64,000 nt of DNA. Origin: Pedobacter sp. GTDB taxonomy: Bacteria > Desulfobacterota > Desulfuromonadia > Desulfuromonadales > Syntrophotaleaceae. The position numbers were made by a program, and so were the translations under genes. The stretch spans positions 448,001 through 512,000 of the forward strand of contig JBFWJC010000001.1 of the NCBI GenBank assembly GCA_050253415.1. Reading direction: 5' to 3'. Of this stretch, positions 59,530-64,000 are shown piece by piece (the first letter of the stretch is position 1; every line of letters begins with the position of its first letter). The notes under the pieces are model-generated. The model did not search any database, was not told the DNA's origin, and saw only the letters and a list, made by a program, of their open reading frames with translations.

Positions 59530-60225
59530 ATGGACATTCAAGAATACTTCGACAAGTTAAATGCCGAATCTCAGGTAGTATTTAGTCGATCAACGTCAGA
59601 GAAAGAAAAGCTTGGCACGCTCCATCACTTATCTTCTTGTATCTATGAATTTTCGGGCTGTTTACTAGATCCGCAAGAAAAAGGAATTTTGGAAACTGTT
59701 AGTGCTCAACTTGAATCAGCCACGTTTAATTTGGTTCTTGGATTATATAGACAAGCCTTTTCATCATTGAGGCTGGCACTTGAGATGGGGCTGGCCGCCA
59801 TTTATTTCTCAGCAAATAAGATGGAGCTGCATGAATGGCTTGACGGTCGAGTGGATATTAAATGGTCTAGGTTAGTTGATGAAGAAAATGGAGTATTATC
59901 CAAGCGGTTAGCAAAGGCATTCTTTAGTGAAATGGTCGATGAGGTCGAAGGTTACCGGAGTAAAGCGACTTCTGTTTATAGAAAGCTGTCAGAATATGTT
60001 CATGGAAATAATGAAACGTGGGCAAGTGGTATTAAGCTGAGCTACAAGGATGATTTGTTTGATAAATATCACGACTACTACCGATCAGTATCTGAAGTAA
60101 TATTGTTTGTTGCAATATGTCGGTACGCGAAATTATTTGATGAGTCAGTCCGGGAATCGCTACAATTTGTGCCGGAGGAATTCAGCCATATATCAAAAAT
60201 TCGAGAACTATTTGGTCGGTCATAG
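59530..60225 (+). CDS. Hypothetical alpha-helical protein with HEPN-like R-x6-H motif
   Basis: LRLALE and YRKLSEYVHG; AT-rich; ATG 59530 after GAGGA. Confidence 0.75.
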   Translation: MDIQEYFDKLNAESQVVFSRSTSEKEKLGTLHHLSSCIYEFSGCLLDPQEKGILETVSAQLESATFNLVLGLYRQAFSSLRLALEMGLAAIYFSANKMELHEWLDGRVDIKWSRLVDEENGVLSKRLAKAFFSEMVDEVEGYRSKATSVYRKLSEYVHGNNETWASGIKLSYKDDLFDKYHDYYRSVSEVILFVAICRYAKLFDESVRESLQFVPEEFSHISKIRELFGRS

Positions 60226-60230
60226 GAGCT

Positions 60231-61844
60231 ATGATGAATGAATTTTATCTTAGAACAGAAAGTATAAAACAGGCAGACATTTTAGGATTGTCTGTTGTTA
60301 ATGCCGCCGATAGAAGCATTCTGGACACTCTTAAGTCTAACGAGCCATGCCTTTTAGAAGGCTCTAGGGGGACGGGCAAATCATTTCTAATGCGAGTGGC
60401 TGAGTTGGAGCTAGAAGCTGAAAATGATTCATACATAACGGTTTTTGTTCCATTTAACATGAGCTCTTTGATTAGTACTGAGGACAATCTTCAATTTTAC
60501 CATTGGATGATGGCTAAAACCCTTAAGTGCCTTCTCAATAAACTAAGAAAAAAGGGCGTAGTTGTCTCCGGTCTAACGGCAAATCTGCTAAGTAATGATG
60601 AAAATGATACTGAAAATGGAGTTGAAGCCAGCTTAAAAGAAGTGGTAAGGCTTTTTGAGGACTCATATAGAGGAAAAACATCGATTGACATTTCAGCATT
60701 GCCTGATATTGAAGACGTTAAGGAAGCCATACAAACAGTTTGTGAAGAAAATAATCTCGACAGAATATTTTTCTTTTTTGATGAAGCTGCTCACGTTTTC
60801 AGGCCAGCGCAACAACGTCAATTCTTTAATCTATTTAAGGATCTTCGGTCGCCGTATATCACATGTAATGCAGCTATATACCCTGGTGTGACTCACTTTG
60901 GCGATTCTTTTGAGCCTGTCCACGATTGTGTTTATAGAAAGTTGGAGAGAAATATTTCCGACTCCGACTATCTTCAATATTTTAAAGATATAGTCTTTAA
61001 GCAATCTGATGAGACTCTAAGATCTGAGATTGATAGGCAAAGAGATTTGTTTAATACGCTATCTCTATCATCTGGTGGAAACCCAAGGATGTTGTTGAGG
61101 ACTATCCAGGATTTGCCAAAATTCAATACTAGCAATGTAAATTCCGTAATTAAGTCATTTTATCGGGGACAGATATGGTCAGAACACACTGACTTGGGAG
61201 AGAAATACAAAGGGCATCGTGGTGTAATTGATTGGGGCAGAGACTTTCTGGAAAACACGGTGATTCCACGTGTCGAAGAATATAATAAATTAAGAAAAGA
61301 AAAAGGCATCGATGAGTCTACAATCTATTTTTGGGTCCATAAGGATGCCCCCGAGGCCGTTAAGGAAGCATTAAGGCTTCTAACCTACACAGGGATTATT
61401 AGAAAAGTAGATAGCTCTGTAAGAGCTACTAGAGCTGCGCTTGGCACTAGATACGAGATTAAGTACGGCTGTATACTTTCATTGGAAAGTAACCCTCACA
61501 CAGAGTCTCAAGACTTTTTCAAAAACATTTCAATTAAGAAGTTCCCTGAGTTTGGGAAAAATCACATTGCTTACTCGGGGAGCGAAAAGCTTCTTAAGAG
61601 TGATGACGAGCAGCAATATGAGGAGTCCTTGAGGTCGTTGCTTCAGAGACCAATAGATGTATTGGTTGCTCTCACACCGTGGCAAAAAGATAGGTTAAAG
61701 TCGGCAGCAATTACCACGATAGAAGATTTGCATAATAATTCGGAAGAAAGCCTAATTGAAAATATCTATGGCGTTGGCCCGGCTAGGGCCCGAACAATGA
61801 AAAATGCTGCTACCGCCGAACTTCTAGAGTACATATCTGGATAA
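60231..61844 (+). CDS. P-loop ATPase (ORC/CDC6- or STAND-like) with C-terminal alpha-CTD/HhH-like domain
   Basis: Walker A GSRGTGKS, Walker B FFFFDE, GGNPR, tail IYGVGPARA; RBS AGGAG overlapping upstream stop. Confidence 0.85.
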   Translation: MMNEFYLRTESIKQADILGLSVVNAADRSILDTLKSNEPCLLEGSRGTGKSFLMRVAELELEAENDSYITVFVPFNMSSLISTEDNLQFYHWMMAKTLKCLLNKLRKKGVVVSGLTANLLSNDENDTENGVEASLKEVVRLFEDSYRGKTSIDISALPDIEDVKEAIQTVCEENNLDRIFFFFDEAAHVFRPAQQRQFFNLFKDLRSPYITCNAAIYPGVTHFGDSFEPVHDCVYRKLERNISDSDYLQYFKDIVFKQSDETLRSEIDRQRDLFNTLSLSSGGNPRMLLRTIQDLPKFNTSNVNSVIKSFYRGQIWSEHTDLGEKYKGHRGVIDWGRDFLENTVIPRVEEYNKLRKEKGIDESTIYFWVHKDAPEAVKEALRLLTYTGIIRKVDSSVRATRAALGTRYEIKYGCILSLESNPHTESQDFFKNISIKKFPEFGKNHIAYSGSEKLLKSDDEQQYEESLRSLLQRPIDVLVALTPWQKDRLKSAAITTIEDLHNNSEESLIENIYGVGPARARTMKNAATAELLEYISG

Positions 61845-62006
61845 TTGGGGCTGGCCTCAGGGACGTTCTTGTTTTATTGCATTAAGACAGTAATTTAGCA
61901 GAGGATAATATGGGACACTCCCCATATTCGGCGAGGAAAAAGAGTTAAATCTTTGCTTGATTCATCTCTAAAAATTGACCCATTTTGTTATGAACAGGAG
62001 TGATTT

Positions 62007-62594
62007 ATGAAGGCGTTGGTGAGATTATTTCTGCTGGCTTTGCTAGCCATGAGTACATCGGCATGCACAATCCATCATTATGTTGAGCAAGATTATCCTC
62101 AATATCTTGTCAACAATACCGGGACCGCGAATCTGCCAAAAACCGATCAGGTGTCAGCGTATCTCCTGGCACCGGCTACCCAGCAGCACAGCTATGAATT
62201 TCGATCGATGATGTCGGGATACGGCAACCTGTGGATCGTTGAATTCGGCAGGATGCTGGATGATACGATGAACTCCGCGGATGCGCGCAAAGCTTTTGGG
62301 GCGATACAAAAGGCATCGGAGGTGTCGGGTGCTTCCGATGGTTTGCTGTTGTTCGACCTGCAGAATTACTCTTTTGAGGAATTTGGTGCGCATATCAGCC
62401 TTCAAATTTCACTTTATCGCTCAGGAAAAGGCCTTTTTTCAAAGCTGTATCGGCAGGACGGTAAAACGCAAGGCGGCAAAATGTTTTGGGGTGGCGTATT
62501 TGCGCAAAAGAACGCCGTGCAGCAGTCGACCAAGCTGGCGCTGGACGAAATTTTACGCCAACTGATTGCCGACTTGAATAACCTTCCGAAATAA
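62007..62594 (+). CDS. Hypothetical lipoprotein
   Basis: Signal peptide ending TSAC; RBS AGGAG. Confidence 0.8.
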   Translation: MKALVRLFLLALLAMSTSACTIHHYVEQDYPQYLVNNTGTANLPKTDQVSAYLLAPATQQHSYEFRSMMSGYGNLWIVEFGRMLDDTMNSADARKAFGAIQKASEVSGASDGLLLFDLQNYSFEEFGAHISLQISLYRSGKGLFSKLYRQDGKTQGGKMFWGGVFAQKNAVQQSTKLALDEILRQLIADLNNLPK

Positions 62595-62616
62595 CTTTGA
62601 CCATCGATAAATCTGT

Positions 62617-62759
62617 CTCACGCTCGCTCCTTCCAGTCGCTTAGGGCGCAAAGGCGCAAAGAAAGGCATGGCCATCCTGACTTCAAGGTCTTTTGATTTT
62701 TGATTTCGGTTACCCTTTGTGCCTTTGAGGCTTTAGTGAGCGCAGCGAACGAGCGTGAG
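62617..62759. repeat. REP/MITE-like inverted-repeat element
   Basis: CTCACGCTCG...CGAGCGTGAG termini; inner GGCGCAAAGGCGCAAAG / CTTTGTGCCTTTGAGGC arms. Confidence 0.65.
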
Positions 62760-62793
62760 CCAGGTCTTGATGTTTGCTTAAGGAATTTGTCAG

Positions 62794-63141
62794 ATGAAAA
62801 GCCGTAAAATCCTCTTCGCCATCGTCTTGTTGGTTTTGATGTCCACACTATCCTTTGCCAAGGATACTGACCAAGCCAGGGAGAATCATCAACGGATAAC
62901 AAAAAGAATTGCCTATCTCCTGCAGGATCAGTGGGGAGTCGATCAAGCAAAGGTTTCGGGTGAAAGTCTGCTTAAAAGCGATTTTGGCGCGGATTACCTT
63001 GATGTCATGGAATTGATCATGGCGTTGGAAGAGGACTTTCATATTGAGATCACCGATGAGGAGTGGATAAACATTACGACGGTCGATTCGGCAGCGGAAC
63101 TGATCGCCTACAAAATGGATCACCGCTATAGACGTCCCTGA
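62794..63141 (+). CDS. Acyl carrier protein-like protein with signal peptide, lacking the phosphopantetheine Ser
   Basis: MKSRKILFAIVLLVLMSTLSFA leader; DFGADYLDVMELIMALEEDFHIEITDEE...ITTV. Confidence 0.8.
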   Translation: MKSRKILFAIVLLVLMSTLSFAKDTDQARENHQRITKRIAYLLQDQWGVDQAKVSGESLLKSDFGADYLDVMELIMALEEDFHIEITDEEWINITTVDSAAELIAYKMDHRYRRP

Positions 63142-63400
63142 TCGGATCCATCCCTTTCGGTAAGAAAAAGGCCTTCAATCAGGGCATCCGGCTGAGTCAC
63201 ATAGCCTGAGGGGGGCATCAGGTACGCTTCCCATATGGAGGTCGCAAACCTTCCTCTAGTGGTTATGCATTCGTTACAAGACTTTCTATTCATAGAAAAA
63301 TATTGAGTTTTATTTCTGCCTCCGCTAACATTTAGTCCTCCTTATTGAACCCTGTATGGGGCATCCTCTTCCTTTTCGTTACCATCCCTTTGGGCCATCG

Positions 63401-64000
63401 ATGATATTTTATCTGACGCATAAAAAACACGCCTACACCATGGGGTGCTATCTCGAAACCTTTGCCCCCGACCTTGCAGACCGCATTCGACCCGTTTCCT
63501 ATCAGGAGATTTGCCAAACACCCCCCGGCACCTACATCTTTGCTGACGTGGAGCGGCTGAAGGTCAAAGAGGCTCTCCGCGCCTCCCGTTTGTGGCATTC
63601 CCTGGAGCGGGCCGGTTATCGGCTTCTGAATCATCCTCGCCGGTCAATGCGGCGCTACCGTCTGCTGAAATCCCTGCATCGACAAGGGAGCAACACCTTC
63701 AATGTGTTCCGGCCCTGGGAGCGTTTGTGGAACAGGCTCCATTACCCGGTTTTTTTGCGCGGCGAAAACGATCACAGAGGTACCATGAGTGACCTCATCT
63801 CAACGCCCCGGGAGCTTTTCCGGGCCCAGTGCCGTCATCGTAAGGCCCTGATCACAGAGTTCTGCGATACCCGCGGCGAGGACGGCCTGTACCGGAAATA
63901 CTCGGCCATGCGCATCGGCGAGCGCATTCTGCCGCGGCATATCTTCTTCAGCAAACATTGGATGATAAAAAATGCCGATGCATGTGACGACCGGTTGTTG
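63401..64000 (+). CDS. Hypothetical protein, ATP-grasp-like, runs off the window
   Basis: Own translation: 200 codons without stop (MIFYLTHKKHAY...LLNHP...YPVFLRGENDHRG...ITEFCDT...DGLYRKY...); absent from the ORF track because it has no stop in the window. Confidence 0.7.
   Translation, partial: MIFYLTHKKHAYTMGCYLETFAPDLADRIRPVSYQEICQTPPGTYIFADVERLKVKEALRASRLWHSLERAGYRLLNHPRRSMRRYRLLKSLHRQGSNTFNVFRPWERLWNRLHYPVFLRGENDHRGTMSDLISTPRELFRAQCRHRKALITEFCDTRGEDGLYRKYSAMRIGERILPRHIFFSKHWMIKNADACDDRLL

Noticed and set aside
62618..62950. 110-aa minus-strand ORF, and a 68-aa ORF at 49632-49838
   Set aside because: Both run through inverted-repeat elements or antisense to a better gene; likely spurious.
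63165..63262. Chain of small hairpins upstream of the last ORF, considered as a riboswitch
   Set aside because: Does not match the c-di-GMP-I, TPP, SAM or cobalamin consensus that I can check by eye; an Rfam scan would be needed.
63332..63792. 100-aa minus and 66-aa plus ORFs at the right end
   Set aside because: Overlap the longer open frame 63401-64000, which has more protein-like features.

Overview
64-kb window from a GC-rich anaerobic bacterium. Gene content (iron-containing ADH cluster, aldehyde:ferredoxin oxidoreductase, Rnf, sigma54 regulator) points to a Pelobacter/Syntrophotalea-like Desulfuromonadales; this is inferred, not searched. From left to right: (1) a molybdate ABC transporter with a cysteine desulfurase-family accessory cluster and two ModA paralogues; (2) a minus-strand housekeeping run (folK, transaldolase, sucCD, def-fmt, htpX, rsmB, rpe, yitJ-like); (3) an ethanol/aldehyde oxidation locus with three close Fe-ADH copies (two in a near-perfect 1.3-kb tandem duplication behind a consensus sigma54 promoter), AOR, MoaD/ThiF, MoeA, a divergent ErcA-like ADH with a cytoplasmic kinase and a sigma54 activator, and rnfABCDGE; (4) hemL, a MacAB-like exporter, Wzi, cardiolipin synthase, a nucleoside transporter, hslO and mnmH; (5) an accessory right end. 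That end holds a DUF2779-like dual nuclease, a degenerate integron attC-like site followed by an AT-rich two-gene cassette (HEPN-like protein plus a P-loop ATPase with an RNA polymerase alpha-CTD-like tail; the best candidate for an undescribed anti-phage system), a signal-peptide-bearing acyl carrier protein homologue whose phosphopantetheine Ser is replaced by Tyr, and a partial ATP-grasp-like ORF. Several intergenic regions carry 7- and 9-bp periodic inverted-repeat elements. No rRNA, tRNA or CRISPR array was recognised. All family assignments come from motif reading by eye.
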